From NCBI GenBank assembly GCA_021791395.1, contig JAJYWR010000013.1, positions 21,384 through 85,383 on the forward strand: a stretch of 64,000 nt of DNA, read 5' to 3'. The notes beneath the pieces are model-generated. The model made no database searches and was not told the DNA's origin. It worked only from the letters and a program-made list of their open reading frames with translations. Origin of the DNA: a bacterium. Its GTDB lineage: Bacteria > Patescibacteriota > Minisyncoccia > UBA6257 > GWB1-50-10. The translations under genes and the position numbers were made by a program. Of the stretch, positions 16,501 through 25,806 are shown piece by piece. Each line of letters begins with the position of its first letter. Within the stretch, counting starts at the first letter, position 1.

Positions 16501-17508
16501 TTACTCTTTCACCACATTCGTCGGCGTGCCGGACGCGAACGCCTTGATATTTCCGATGGTCGCTGCGAGGATCCGCGCCAGCGCTTCTTTGGTATTGAAC
16601 GCATTATGGGGGGTGATGAGAACCTTCGGATGTTTCATCAATATATCGTTCTCCAGTACTGTCTTCAAACTTCCCTTCTCCGCCGACGAACCCGACAAAA
16701 ATTCGAATTCGTTCTTCGTACCCCCTTCTTCCTCTAAAACATCCAAGGCGACTCCGCCGAAAATCTCTTTCTTGAGCCCTTGGATCACTGCATCCGTTTC
16801 AACCACTGCACCGCGAGACGTGTTCACGAGATACACCCCCTTCTTAAGGAGTGAGATATTCTTGGTATTAATCAAGTGCTCCGTTTGGGGCGTCAACGGA
16901 CAATGGAGGGAAATTGCATCCGCACTCTTCAAGAGCTCCTCGAGTGTAACATACTTGACGTCGAATGCTTTTGCAAAGTTATAGTCGGGGTAGAGATCGA
17001 AAGCATAAACCACCATGCCGAATCCTTTCGCGATCCGAATCGCCTCTTTCCCAATGCGACCGGTCCCCACGATCCCCATGATCTTTCCCTTCAAATCGAC
17101 CCCCTCAAGACCTTCCAGTGAAAATGACTCCGTCTCCTTGACCTGGTCGATCGCCCAATAAATCCGGCGCGTGAGATTCAAAAGGAGGCCAAAGGCATAC
17201 TCGGCGACGGTATTATCGCCGTACCCCGGCACAGAGCTCACCGTAATCCCTTTCGCCCGGCATGCCGCAAGATCGATGTGATCGAAGCCGGTCGAACGCG
17301 TCGTGATGAGTTTGACGTTCGGGAAATTCTCCAAAATCGGAGCGTCGATCTTCGTACCAATGAAAGTCGAAATGACATCAAAATCCTTTTTCTCCGGCAG
17401 ATTCTCGGCCGTAAGTTTTTCCTTCGACAAGTAAAGCCCGTCGCTCGGGAATGACTGCTTGATTGATTCATCTTCCCACCCTTCCAACTCAAAGAATCCG
17501 ATTTTCAT
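16501..17508 (-). CDS. D-isomer-specific 2-hydroxyacid dehydrogenase (LdhA/PGDH-like)
   Basis: NAD-binding GIVGTGRIGKEA and catalytic-domain motifs (LVNTSRG, TPH). Start refined to MKIGFFELEGW (ATG 17508). Confidence 0.85.
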   Translation of the reverse strand: MKIGFFELEGWEDESIKQSFPSDGLYLSKEKLTAENLPEKKDFDVISTFIGTKIDAPILENFPNVKLITTRSTGFDHIDLAACRAKGITVSSVPGYGDNTVAEYAFGLLLNLTRRIYWAIDQVKETESFSLEGLEGVDLKGKIMGIVGTGRIGKEAIRIAKGFGMVVYAFDLYPDYNFAKAFDVKYVTLEELLKSADAISLHCPLTPQTEHLINTKNISLLKKGVYLVNTSRGAVVETDAVIQGLKKEIFGGVALDVLEEEGGTKNEFEFLSGSSAEKGSLKTVLENDILMKHPKVLITPHNAFNTKEALARILAATIGNIKAFASGTPTNVVKE

Positions 17509-17535
17509 AATTTGATTATAGCACGGGCTACCGTA

Positions 17536-17565
17536 TTGAGCATTCAACAGTCGACGAATTATAAT
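17536..17565 (+). promoter_or_regulatory. Promoter with -10 box 8 nt before the ATG (leaderless-type)
   Basis: TTGAGC (17536-17541), 18 nt, TATAAT (17560-17565), 8 nt, ATG at 17574. No SD. Confidence 0.5.
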
Positions 17566-17573
17566 AAAATGTA

Positions 17574-18266
17574 ATGAACACTTATCGATCAAAACTATTA
17601 AAGAAGGAGGAGGTCGCAAGAGGTACGACGGCCTTCCACTTCGAAAAGCCGGAAGGGTTCACGTTCGTGGCCGGTCAGTACGCCGACCTCACCATTCTCG
17701 ATCCCGCAGAAACCGATCAGGAGGGCAATATCCGGACATTTTCGATCGCAAGTACTCCATTCGATCCTGATCTCGTTTTTGCGACCCGCATGCGCGACAC
17801 CGCGTTCAAGCGGCAGCTCGGGAAGATGCTCGAAGGTACGGCGCTCCAGATCGACGGGCCGTACGGATCGTTCACGCTCCACGCGAAAAAAGAGCGGCCG
17901 GCCGTTTTCATCGCCGGCGGCATCGGTATCACGCCTTTTATGAGCATCCTCGCAACCGCAGGTAAGGAAAAGCCCGATCGGAAGTTCTATCTTTTTTACT
18001 CCAATCACACCAAAAATGACGCTGCATTTTTTGACAAGCTTTCCCATTTGATCGAGAAAATACCGGATTTCACGTTCATTCCCGTCATGTCGGATACGGA
18101 AGGGCACATCACTGACCAAACCATCAAGAAACACATCGAGCATACTGACGGCCCCGTTTACTACCTCGCAGGACCCCCGGCGATGGTCGCCGCCATGCGG
18201 GAAATGCTCGCCGGCATGAATATCTCGGAAGACGATATCCGGTTCGAGGAATTTGCCGGGTATTGA
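17574..18266 (+). CDS. FNR-like FAD/NAD(P)-binding oxidoreductase
   Basis: RTFSIAS (RxYS-type FAD motif), GPYGSF, and FIAGGIGITPFMSIL (NAD(P)-binding). Confidence 0.75.
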   Translation: MNTYRSKLLKKEEVARGTTAFHFEKPEGFTFVAGQYADLTILDPAETDQEGNIRTFSIASTPFDPDLVFATRMRDTAFKRQLGKMLEGTALQIDGPYGSFTLHAKKERPAVFIAGGIGITPFMSILATAGKEKPDRKFYLFYSNHTKNDAAFFDKLSHLIEKIPDFTFIPVMSDTEGHITDQTIKKHIEHTDGPVYYLAGPPAMVAAMREMLAGMNISEDDIRFEEFAGY

Positions 18267-18306
18267 GAGACACCCTGGCGCCCCACTCTTATAAACATTC
18301 AAATAA

Positions 18307-18972
18307 ATGATCACCAAACAGCTAAAAACGAGAAAGCTCAGGGCTCGCAAGATTATCGCCGCTTTGAAGAAGCTTTTCCCGAAAGCCGGCATTGCCCTCA
18401 ACTACCGAAACAACTGGGAGCTCTTGGTAGCCGTCGAATTATCGGCCCAGTGTACGGATAAAAAAGTGAACGAAGTAACAAAAGGACTCTTCAGAAAATA
18501 CCGGACGCTCGACGACTACGTAAAAGCAAAGCCGAGCGAATTCGAACAAGATATTCGGGCGACTGGCTTTTATCACAATAAGGCGAAGAATATCCTCGCG
18601 GCGGCAAAAATAATCAAGGAAAAGTTTCACGGAAAAATTCCACGCACCATGGAAGAAATCCTGACCATTCCCGGCGTTGCACGAAAGACGGCGAATGTCG
18701 TCCTCGGGAACGCATACGGCGTCGTAGAAGGAATCGCCGTCGACACGCACGTGCGGCGGCTCGCGATGAAACTCGGTCTCACCGATCACGACGATCCAGT
18801 GAAAATCGAACGCGACCTCATGGAGCTATTCCCCAAAAAAGATTGGTTTCTCTTAACCTATCAGCTCATCGAATACGGCCGGCATATTTGCCCCGCGCGC
18901 CCGCATGATTGCGTGGATCACCCCCTGACGAAGATCTACCCGAAAGCCGCAAACATTTGGCCGAAACACTAA
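18307..18972 (+). CDS. nth: Endonuclease III family DNA glycosylase (atypical C-terminal cluster ligands)
   Basis: HhH-GPD core LTIPGVARKTANVVLG...VDTHVRRL, including the catalytic Lys context. C-terminus reads C-x6-C-x2-H rather than C-x6-C-x2-C-x5-C. Confidence 0.85.
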   Translation: MITKQLKTRKLRARKIIAALKKLFPKAGIALNYRNNWELLVAVELSAQCTDKKVNEVTKGLFRKYRTLDDYVKAKPSEFEQDIRATGFYHNKAKNILAAAKIIKEKFHGKIPRTMEEILTIPGVARKTANVVLGNAYGVVEGIAVDTHVRRLAMKLGLTDHDDPVKIERDLMELFPKKDWFLLTYQLIEYGRHICPARPHDCVDHPLTKIYPKAANIWPKH

Positions 18973-18977
18973 GAGGG

Positions 18978-19012
18978 GGGTTTAGGGTTTAGGGTTTAGG
19001 GTTTAGGGTTTA
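18978..19012. repeat. Tandem heptamer (GGGTTTA)x5
   Basis: Five perfect head-to-tail copies between convergent genes. Confidence 0.95.
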
Positions 19013-19043
19013 GAAATTTAGTAACTATACCCCATACCCTAAC

Positions 19044-19607
19044 TCAGTAGGCCTTTTGCGTGATGTTCTCGCAGCCGGGCGGGATGATGCACCGCGTTCC
19101 GACATCCGGCCCGGGCATGCAATTGACCCATTCAGGGCAGCTCGAAAGCGCTTTCGTGCTCGATTCGTCGATGAGCGAAACAACATTCACCACTCCACCA
19201 TTCTCGATCCCATCGACCGTCACTCGATCGCCGGCAGTGAAACTTGCTTCGGTGCAAGGAAAAACTCTGCCGCTCAACGTGCACGAACTCGAAGCATCAA
19301 ACGACAATGCAGCGGCCGCTGCCGGATTCCCCGGCTTTTCATAAACGAGATACCACGTGCCCGGCGTAAGGCCCGGGTTATCTTTCACGAGATTCCCCAT
19401 TGCGGAAAACGAAGTTGCCGGCGTTCCGGCATTTCCGCATCCCGACTCCGGCATAGGCGAGGCGGGATTTCCATGCTTCACCCATTCTCCATTCACACAA
19501 ATCCACCCATCCTCCGCCCAACCGCCCGCGAATCGCACGATGAATATCAAAACGACGATCAAGAGCAGCACGCCCCCGAGTATCAAAGCCCCCTTTTTCA
19601 TACCCAT
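19044..19607 (-). CDS. Membrane-anchored extracytoplasmic protein, unknown function
   Basis: N-terminal TM KKGALILGGVLLLIVVLIFIV, followed by a Cys-containing soluble domain. Confidence 0.5.
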   Translation of the reverse strand: MGMKKGALILGGVLLLIVVLIFIVRFAGGWAEDGWICVNGEWVKHGNPASPMPESGCGNAGTPATSFSAMGNLVKDNPGLTPGTWYLVYEKPGNPAAAAALSFDASSSCTLSGRVFPCTEASFTAGDRVTVDGIENGGVVNVVSLIDESSTKALSSCPEWVNCMPGPDVGTRCIIPPGCENITQKAY

Positions 19608-19608
19608 A

Positions 19609-21480
19609 CTATGAGGATAGCATAGTGACTTTGGTTTTGAGGAAATAGATCTGGAAGACGTTCATGACGGGGAAGAAGTCCGTCACGAAGTTGTACGCCG
19701 CGGCGCCGGTCGGGCCCAGAACGCCGCCGAAAACGAGGACAAGACCCAGGGCGTTCGTCACGCCCCAGATCCAGAAGTTGTTATTGATAACCCGCATTGA
19801 TTTTTTGCTAAGGAGCATGAGTTCGGGAATTTTCTTCACGCTGTCGTGCATCAAAGCGATATCAGCGGCTTCAATCGCCGCGTCGGATCCGATCGCCCCC
19901 ATGGCGATCGAAACGTCCGCAAGCGCCAAGGCCGCCGCGTCATTCACGCCGTCCCCCATCATCGCGAGATCACCGGGGTATTTCTTCTTAATCTCCTTCA
20001 AGATGCGGAGTTTATCCTCCGGCTTCAGGTTCGCGCGGTATTCGTCGAGACCGACCTCGTCGGAAACTTTCTTCGCCACCCGTTCATTGTCGCCCGTCAG
20101 CATGATCCAATGTTCGGCACCGAGTTTCCGCGTTTCGGCGACGCTCGCCTTTGCGAGTGGCCGCAGTTCATCCTCCATAACCATGAGGCCGACGAGGTGC
20201 CCGTCGGATCCGAAGGCGGTTAAGCTGTATCCCTTCTCCTCCAAACCGGCTATTTTTTTCTTTTCTTCTTCGGTGAATTTTACTCCGTTGGATTCCAAAA
20301 AAGATATTTTCCCGGCGTAGTAACTCTTCTTTTCCTTGGTAATAGCAATGCCGTCGCCCGGCGTCTCGTGAAACTCGTCCGGCGACGGGAACGACACTCC
20401 CTTTTCTTTCAGGAATTTCAGCATCGCGAGGCTCACCGGATGGCGGGAATTCACCTGGCAGGTTCCCACGAGTTTTAGGAAATCGTCTTCGGCGATGTCA
20501 CCGAACCGGACGATGTCCACCACCCGCGCCATCCCTTTCGTGAGCGTGCCGGTCTTGTCGGTCACGAACGTCTTGAGTTTTTGAATCCTTTCGAAGATCG
20601 CCGCTCCCTTCACAATGACGCCCTCTTTCCCGGCCTTCGCGATCGCAATCGTGAATCCGAGGGGAACCGCGACGGCAATATCATCGGCGCACGTGACGAG
20701 GAGCACGGAAAGAACGAGATTCAAATCGCCGGATGCGACATAGAGAATAAACGATCCGACGAGCGAAACAATGATGTAGTACGTGCTGAACCGGTCGGCG
20801 ATCCGCTCGATCGAGGTCTTCGCGCGGGACGCTTCGTCGATGAGTGCAATCATCTTCGCAAGCGTCGTGTCGGCGCCGACTTTCTCGGCCCGCACGAGGA
20901 GTGAACCGGAATCGTTCAAGGTGGAACTCCAAACTTTATCGCCTTCTTTTTTCGTCACGTGTTCACTCTCGCCCGTCAAGGATGACTCATCGATGCTCGC
21001 CTGGCCCTGAATGATCACGCCGTCGATCGGAACCCGTTCCCCTGACTCGATAACTATGATATCGCCCACCTTCACCCGATCCAAGGGAACATCTTCGAGT
21101 TTTTCGCCGGTTTTTATCTTCACGCGATCCGGCCGGAGCTTCATGAGGCGCTCGATCACATGCTTCGTCCGCATTTCCGTGAAATTGTCGAAGAGCCGCG
21201 CCGAGGCGAGCATGAGGTTGATGAAAGCGGCCGACAACCACTCCCCCTTGATGAAGGTGAATGCTAGGGCGATCGATGCCAAAAGGTCAATGGTGATCTT
21301 CCGGTTCCATACGGCCTTCGCCGCGCTCCAGGCGACCGGCAAGACGCCCGCGATTGAAACGGCGATCAAAAGGTCATCCTCCCACGCCGGCGGCAGAATC
21401 TTGAACCAAACCAAAACGAGCGCTACCGCGAGGAGCGCGATCAACGCTTCATTCCCCCTTGTTTTCGTTTCGGTCTTCAA
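19609..21480 (-). CDS. P-type ATPase, P1B-like (heavy-metal type) without an N-terminal metal-binding domain
   Basis: DKTGTLT, TGDN, MMGDGVNDAAALALADVSIAMG, and TGES in the actuator domain. TM6 reads TCADDIAVAVP instead of CPC. TTG start. Confidence 0.85.
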   Translation of the reverse strand: MKTETKTRGNEALIALLAVALVLVWFKILPPAWEDDLLIAVSIAGVLPVAWSAAKAVWNRKITIDLLASIALAFTFIKGEWLSAAFINLMLASARLFDNFTEMRTKHVIERLMKLRPDRVKIKTGEKLEDVPLDRVKVGDIIVIESGERVPIDGVIIQGQASIDESSLTGESEHVTKKEGDKVWSSTLNDSGSLLVRAEKVGADTTLAKMIALIDEASRAKTSIERIADRFSTYYIIVSLVGSFILYVASGDLNLVLSVLLVTCADDIAVAVPLGFTIAIAKAGKEGVIVKGAAIFERIQKLKTFVTDKTGTLTKGMARVVDIVRFGDIAEDDFLKLVGTCQVNSRHPVSLAMLKFLKEKGVSFPSPDEFHETPGDGIAITKEKKSYYAGKISFLESNGVKFTEEEKKKIAGLEEKGYSLTAFGSDGHLVGLMVMEDELRPLAKASVAETRKLGAEHWIMLTGDNERVAKKVSDEVGLDEYRANLKPEDKLRILKEIKKKYPGDLAMMGDGVNDAAALALADVSIAMGAIGSDAAIEAADIALMHDSVKKIPELMLLSKKSMRVINNNFWIWGVTNALGLVLVFGGVLGPTGAAAYNFVTDFFPVMNVFQIYFLKTKVTMLSS

Positions 21481-21486
21481 TGATTC

Positions 21487-21580
21487 AATTTTACCCCGTT
21501 AGAAGCAAAATGTCCCGCAGCAGCGTGCAGTGCGGACGTGGAGTCTGATGATCCATGCAAGCTTCTAACGGGGTTTACCA
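21487..21580 (-). ncRNA. Candidate structured 5' leader of the P-type ATPase gene
   Basis: Perfect 14-bp stem ACCCCGTTAGAAGC (21493-21506 / 21561-21574) encloses a 54-nt region with a nested GTCCCGCA...TGCGGAC hairpin. It ends ~10 nt before the start codon. Confidence 0.35.
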
Positions 21581-21634
21581 TAAAAAGAGAAACGGCCGCC
21601 ATTTTTATCAAATGACGACCGTCATGTTTATACT

Positions 21635-21928
21635 CTAGGAAACGGAGTTGCCGAACGTCTCCATGAGAATATCCGTACTTACATACCGCACCGCAATGCC
21701 ATGTGGTTCGACGGCGCAGCAATACCTATCATCAGATTCAGCGGGGACGGTGACAGCTTTGTAAATTGTGAGTTTGCCGTTTTTTGTATCCGGCAAACTG
21801 AAGAGGCACTTCTCGCAAATTACACCCAACTGCTCTCCTTCACCGTCATGAATTGAATAGACGGTTTCCTCGTGGTTGATTGGTCCATTGTGTCCGACAC
21901 AATGGACGAAGGTTTCTCCTTCGTTCAT
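21635..21928 (-). CDS. Hypothetical protein
   Basis: 97 aa with GGAGGAAAA directly upstream of the ATG. No recognised domain. Confidence 0.45.
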   Translation of the reverse strand: MNEGETFVHCVGHNGPINHEETVYSIHDGEGEQLGVICEKCLFSLPDTKNGKLTIYKAVTVPAESDDRYCCAVEPHGIAVRYVSTDILMETFGNSVS

Positions 21929-22039
21929 TTTTCCTCCGAAATTTTTGTTGTAGGAAGTAGGAATAAAAAAGATGAAAAGAACAAAAACTCTATGGTTTTA
22001 TATATACCAGAAAATCAGAGAAATGTCAATCTCTCCGGT

Positions 22040-24475
22040 TTATTTACTGAGTTTCAAAATCGTCTTCACCACCGTGTCGGGATTCAACGAGATACTCTCG
22101 ATCCCCTCCTTCATGAGGAACGCGGCGAACTCGGGATAGTCGGACGGCGCCTGGCCGCAGATGCCGATGTACTTCCCCCGCTTCTTGCACGCTCGGATGA
22201 CGCTCCGGATCAAGGTCTTCACCGCCTCGTCGTTCTCGTTCGTGATCCCGCGGATCATGTCGTTTCCGTCGCGGTCGATGCCGACCGTGAGCTGCGTCAA
22301 GTCATTCGATCCGATCGACATGCCGTCGAAGACATCCAAGAACTTGTCGGCTAACATGACGTTCGATGGTATTTCGCACATCACGTAAATTTTCAAATTC
22401 GTATTCTTTCCCCTCTTCAGTCCGTTCTTCGCCATGATGTCCACCACATTCTTGCCCTCGTCCACGGTACGGCAGAACGGAATCATCGGAACGACATTCG
22501 TGAGACCCATTTCCTCGCGCACTTTTTTCATCGCCTTCACCTCAAGGACGAACGCTGGAGCGAACTGCGGGTTATAGTACCGGGAGGCGCCCCGCCACCC
22601 GATCATCGGGTTCTCCTCTTTCGGCTCGTAGGTATCGCCCCCGAGGAGCACCCGGTATTCATTGGTCTTGAAATCGGAGAATCGCACGATCACGTCGTAG
22701 GGATGGAACGCCGCCGCGATCTTCGCGATGCCATAGGCGAGCTTATCGACGTAAAACTGCTCCTTGTCCTTCCATCCCTTCGTTTTCTCGTCGATTGCCC
22801 TCGCGAGCGGCTTGTTGCGCTTCGCAATCTTGTCATATTCAATCAAGGCCATCGGATGAACGCCGATATCGCCCGCAATGATGAATTCTTCCCGCGCGAG
22901 GCCGACACCCTTGGCCGGCAGGAACGATTTTTCGAATGCCGAATCCGGCGTCGCGATGTTCACCATAATCTTCACCCTCGGCTTCGGCAGTTTCCGAACG
23001 TCCCGCTCTTCCACCTTAAATTTCAGAGCTCCCGCGAAAACCAGACCCTCCGTGCCGGTCGTATCAACCGTTACCATATCACCAGTCCGGATGACGCGCG
23101 TCGCGTTTTCCGTTCCCACGACACACGGAATGCCGAGTTCGCGGGAAACAATCGCGGCATGAGACGTTCGTCCGCCCTTATTCGTCACGATCGCCGAGGC
23201 GATCTTCATGATCGGTTCCCAATCCGGGTCGGTCATGTCGGTTACGAGAACTTCGCCGGATTTGAAGTCGCCGATATTTTTTGCGCTCAAGATAATCCGC
23301 GCCTTCCCGTTCGCAATCCGCGAACCGACCGAGAAGCCTTTCGTCAAGAGCTTCCCGCTGCCGATTCGCTCGTATTCCTTGAGCTTCGAAAAATCGCGGC
23401 TCGCTTGGACCGTCTCCGGGCGCGATTGGACGATGAAAAGTTCGCCGCTTTTGCCGTCCTTCGCCCATTCCATATCCATCGGCGTCCATTTTCCGTTCTT
23501 CTTCGAATAGTGCTTCTCGATCAGAACGCCCCAGCGGGCGAGTTCCAGAATCTCCTTTTCCGAAAGGACGAACGTGCTTTTTTCTTTTTCGTCCGTCGGG
23601 ACGATTTTCGTCATCTTAATCCCCCGTCCCGCCGAATAGATCATCTTTCGATTCTTGACCCCGAGTTTTTTGTCTATGATCGGTTTATATCCGTGCTGCT
23701 CTGTTTTATTTGCGTCCATCAGCGTTTTTTTGAAAACAAGGAATTCATCAGGTGTCACTTCTCCCTGCACAATCATTTCTCCCAATCCCCACGATCCGTT
23801 GATGAGGACCACATCCTTAAAGCCGGATTCGGTATCGACGGTGAACATGACGCCCGACGATCCGAGATCGGATCGCACCATTTTCTGCACACCCGCCGAG
23901 AGCGCCACTTTCATGTGATCGAATCCCTTGTCGGCGCGATACGAGATCGCCCGGTCGGTGAAGAGCGACGCAAAGTCAGCCTGCACCGCCTCGAGGAGCT
24001 CATCGACGCCCCGGATATTCAAATACGTTTCGTGCTCACCGGCGAAACTTGCGCCCGGCAGATCTTCGGCCGTCGCGGACGAACGGACGGCGACGTCGGC
24101 GTTTTTGCCGTATATTTTTTCGAGTTGGCCGTAACTCCGCACAATCGCCTGTTTTAGGTCATACGGCATTTTCGCGGCCTTGATCGTTCTTCGGATTTCT
24201 TCGCCCCGCTTTGCGAGATCGTTCAAATTCTTAGTATCCAAGCCCTTGAGCGTTTTTTGGATATACTTATCGAGTTCGGTCTTTTTCAAAAAGTATCGGT
24301 ACGCCTCCGCCGTCACGACGAATCCGTTCGGCACCCGCACGCCCTGCGGTGTGAGGTATTTAATCATTTCGCCCAAGGAGGCATTCTTACCACCCACGAG
24401 CGGGACATCCCGTATCGTGATATCTTGATACCACAGAATTAACTTTTTTGATTTTATTGGCATAAGTGATTTCAA
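22040..24475 (-). CDS. ppsA: Phosphoenolpyruvate synthase (pyruvate, water dikinase)
   Basis: 811 aa. N-terminal ATP-grasp, phosphohistidine motif GGRTSHAAIVSRELGIPCVVG, and a C-terminal PEP-utilising TIM barrel. Confidence 0.9.
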   Translation of the reverse strand: MKSLMPIKSKKLILWYQDITIRDVPLVGGKNASLGEMIKYLTPQGVRVPNGFVVTAEAYRYFLKKTELDKYIQKTLKGLDTKNLNDLAKRGEEIRRTIKAAKMPYDLKQAIVRSYGQLEKIYGKNADVAVRSSATAEDLPGASFAGEHETYLNIRGVDELLEAVQADFASLFTDRAISYRADKGFDHMKVALSAGVQKMVRSDLGSSGVMFTVDTESGFKDVVLINGSWGLGEMIVQGEVTPDEFLVFKKTLMDANKTEQHGYKPIIDKKLGVKNRKMIYSAGRGIKMTKIVPTDEKEKSTFVLSEKEILELARWGVLIEKHYSKKNGKWTPMDMEWAKDGKSGELFIVQSRPETVQASRDFSKLKEYERIGSGKLLTKGFSVGSRIANGKARIILSAKNIGDFKSGEVLVTDMTDPDWEPIMKIASAIVTNKGGRTSHAAIVSRELGIPCVVGTENATRVIRTGDMVTVDTTGTEGLVFAGALKFKVEERDVRKLPKPRVKIMVNIATPDSAFEKSFLPAKGVGLAREEFIIAGDIGVHPMALIEYDKIAKRNKPLARAIDEKTKGWKDKEQFYVDKLAYGIAKIAAAFHPYDVIVRFSDFKTNEYRVLLGGDTYEPKEENPMIGWRGASRYYNPQFAPAFVLEVKAMKKVREEMGLTNVVPMIPFCRTVDEGKNVVDIMAKNGLKRGKNTNLKIYVMCEIPSNVMLADKFLDVFDGMSIGSNDLTQLTVGIDRDGNDMIRGITNENDEAVKTLIRSVIRACKKRGKYIGICGQAPSDYPEFAAFLMKEGIESISLNPDTVVKTILKLSK

Positions 24476-24476
24476 T

Positions 24477-25781
24477 TTATAATTTCAGAGCAATAATAAG
24501 GTCCGACACGTTCGAGCCGGTATCTCCCATTTCGATACAGTCCCCGACTTTTTCAAAAAATCCGGCTGAATCATTCTCTTTTAGGAACTTTTCCGCACGG
24601 AGATTGAGCTTCTCGGCTTTTTCCTTCGTTATTATATCACACAACGCTCCGGCGTATCCGCTCTGATTGTCATGGCCGTCGGAATCAAATGAAAGAACGA
24701 GCGTCCCTTTCGTTATCCCGTTCAAGGCCCCGAGCACGAGTTCCTGATTGCGGCCGCCGCGGCCGCTCCGTTCCACGGTTACTGTCGTCTCTCCGCCATA
24801 GAGGCGAACCGTTTTGTCCGGCAATTCGGCGACGTCCCCGGCGATGTTTTCCCCAACTTCCCGCGCTTCGCCTTTGAGCGTCACAGTCGTGATTTCCGCC
24901 TTGAATCCCGCCGCCTCGGCTCGCGCCTTCATGGCCGAAAGTGCGGTTGTATTCGAGACGAAAAGCACGTTCTCGATCTTTTCGAAATACTTGTCCTCTT
25001 TCGGCGTTTCCAAAGGTTCTATCTTCAGGCCGGTACTTTTTTCCAAGTCGTATTTCTTGATGACCACCCTTGCTTCATCCACCGTCGTTACATCCTTCAC
25101 CGTTGGCCCGGAAGCGACGAATTCCAAATTGTCGCCCGGAACATCCGAAAAGATCAATGCGACCGACGTTGCCGGATACGCGTAGGCCGCGAGATGCCCG
25201 CCGCGCGCGAGCGAGAGATGCTTGCGGATCGTGTTAATCTCTTGGATCGTCGCTCCTTTCTCAAAGAGAATTTTTAAAAGATTTCCTTCTTCGGTGCACA
25301 CCATATTTTGAGGTTGACAAAGAAGCGTCGATCCGCCGCCGGATATTACGAACATCACGAAATCTTTTTCCGTGAGAGATGAAAGCAAGCGGACGATGTC
25401 GCTTGTCGCATCGACGTTTGCTTCGGTCGGAAAGGGATGCGTGCCAAAACGAATTTCTAATTTCGAATTTCTAATTTCGAATGACGATGGAGCGCCGACA
25501 GTTAGAATAACGCCGCCGGTCAACCGTTCGCCGAAAATTTTCTCGAGCGCCCTCCCGGCCTCAAGGGCGCATTTTCCGACGCCGACGATGAAAACTCGTT
25601 CAAAATCCTTCAAATCAAAGGGTCTATGGTCGATCTTCAAAACATCATTCTCCAAGGACAATCGCGACAGAATAGATTGCTCCGTGTCGATTGCCCGAAG
25701 TCCTGCTTCCGCGATTCCCAAAGCGAATTTCCTCGCCGGCGTCGTTGCCAACCCTTCAAAATTTTTTATCTTTCCCCCCAT
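24477..25781 (-). CDS. Glycerate 2-kinase / MOFRL family protein
   Basis: DUF4147-like N-terminus (VGVGKCALEAGRALE) and an MOFRL C-terminus (GGETTVTV...GRGGRNQELVL). Confidence 0.75.
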   Translation of the reverse strand: MGGKIKNFEGLATTPARKFALGIAEAGLRAIDTEQSILSRLSLENDVLKIDHRPFDLKDFERVFIVGVGKCALEAGRALEKIFGERLTGGVILTVGAPSSFEIRNSKLEIRFGTHPFPTEANVDATSDIVRLLSSLTEKDFVMFVISGGGSTLLCQPQNMVCTEEGNLLKILFEKGATIQEINTIRKHLSLARGGHLAAYAYPATSVALIFSDVPGDNLEFVASGPTVKDVTTVDEARVVIKKYDLEKSTGLKIEPLETPKEDKYFEKIENVLFVSNTTALSAMKARAEAAGFKAEITTVTLKGEAREVGENIAGDVAELPDKTVRLYGGETTVTVERSGRGGRNQELVLGALNGITKGTLVLSFDSDGHDNQSGYAGALCDIITKEKAEKLNLRAEKFLKENDSAGFFEKVGDCIEMGDTGSNVSDLIIALKL

Positions 25782-25806
25782 TGTTCACCATTATAAACTT
25801 CCCTCT

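Noticed and set aside
18978-19012. Genuine telomere or linear-replicon end, or eukaryotic contamination.
   Set aside because: Only five units are present. They lie internal to the contig and are tightly flanked by bacterial genes (nth stop 6 nt upstream). Composition is continuous on both sides.
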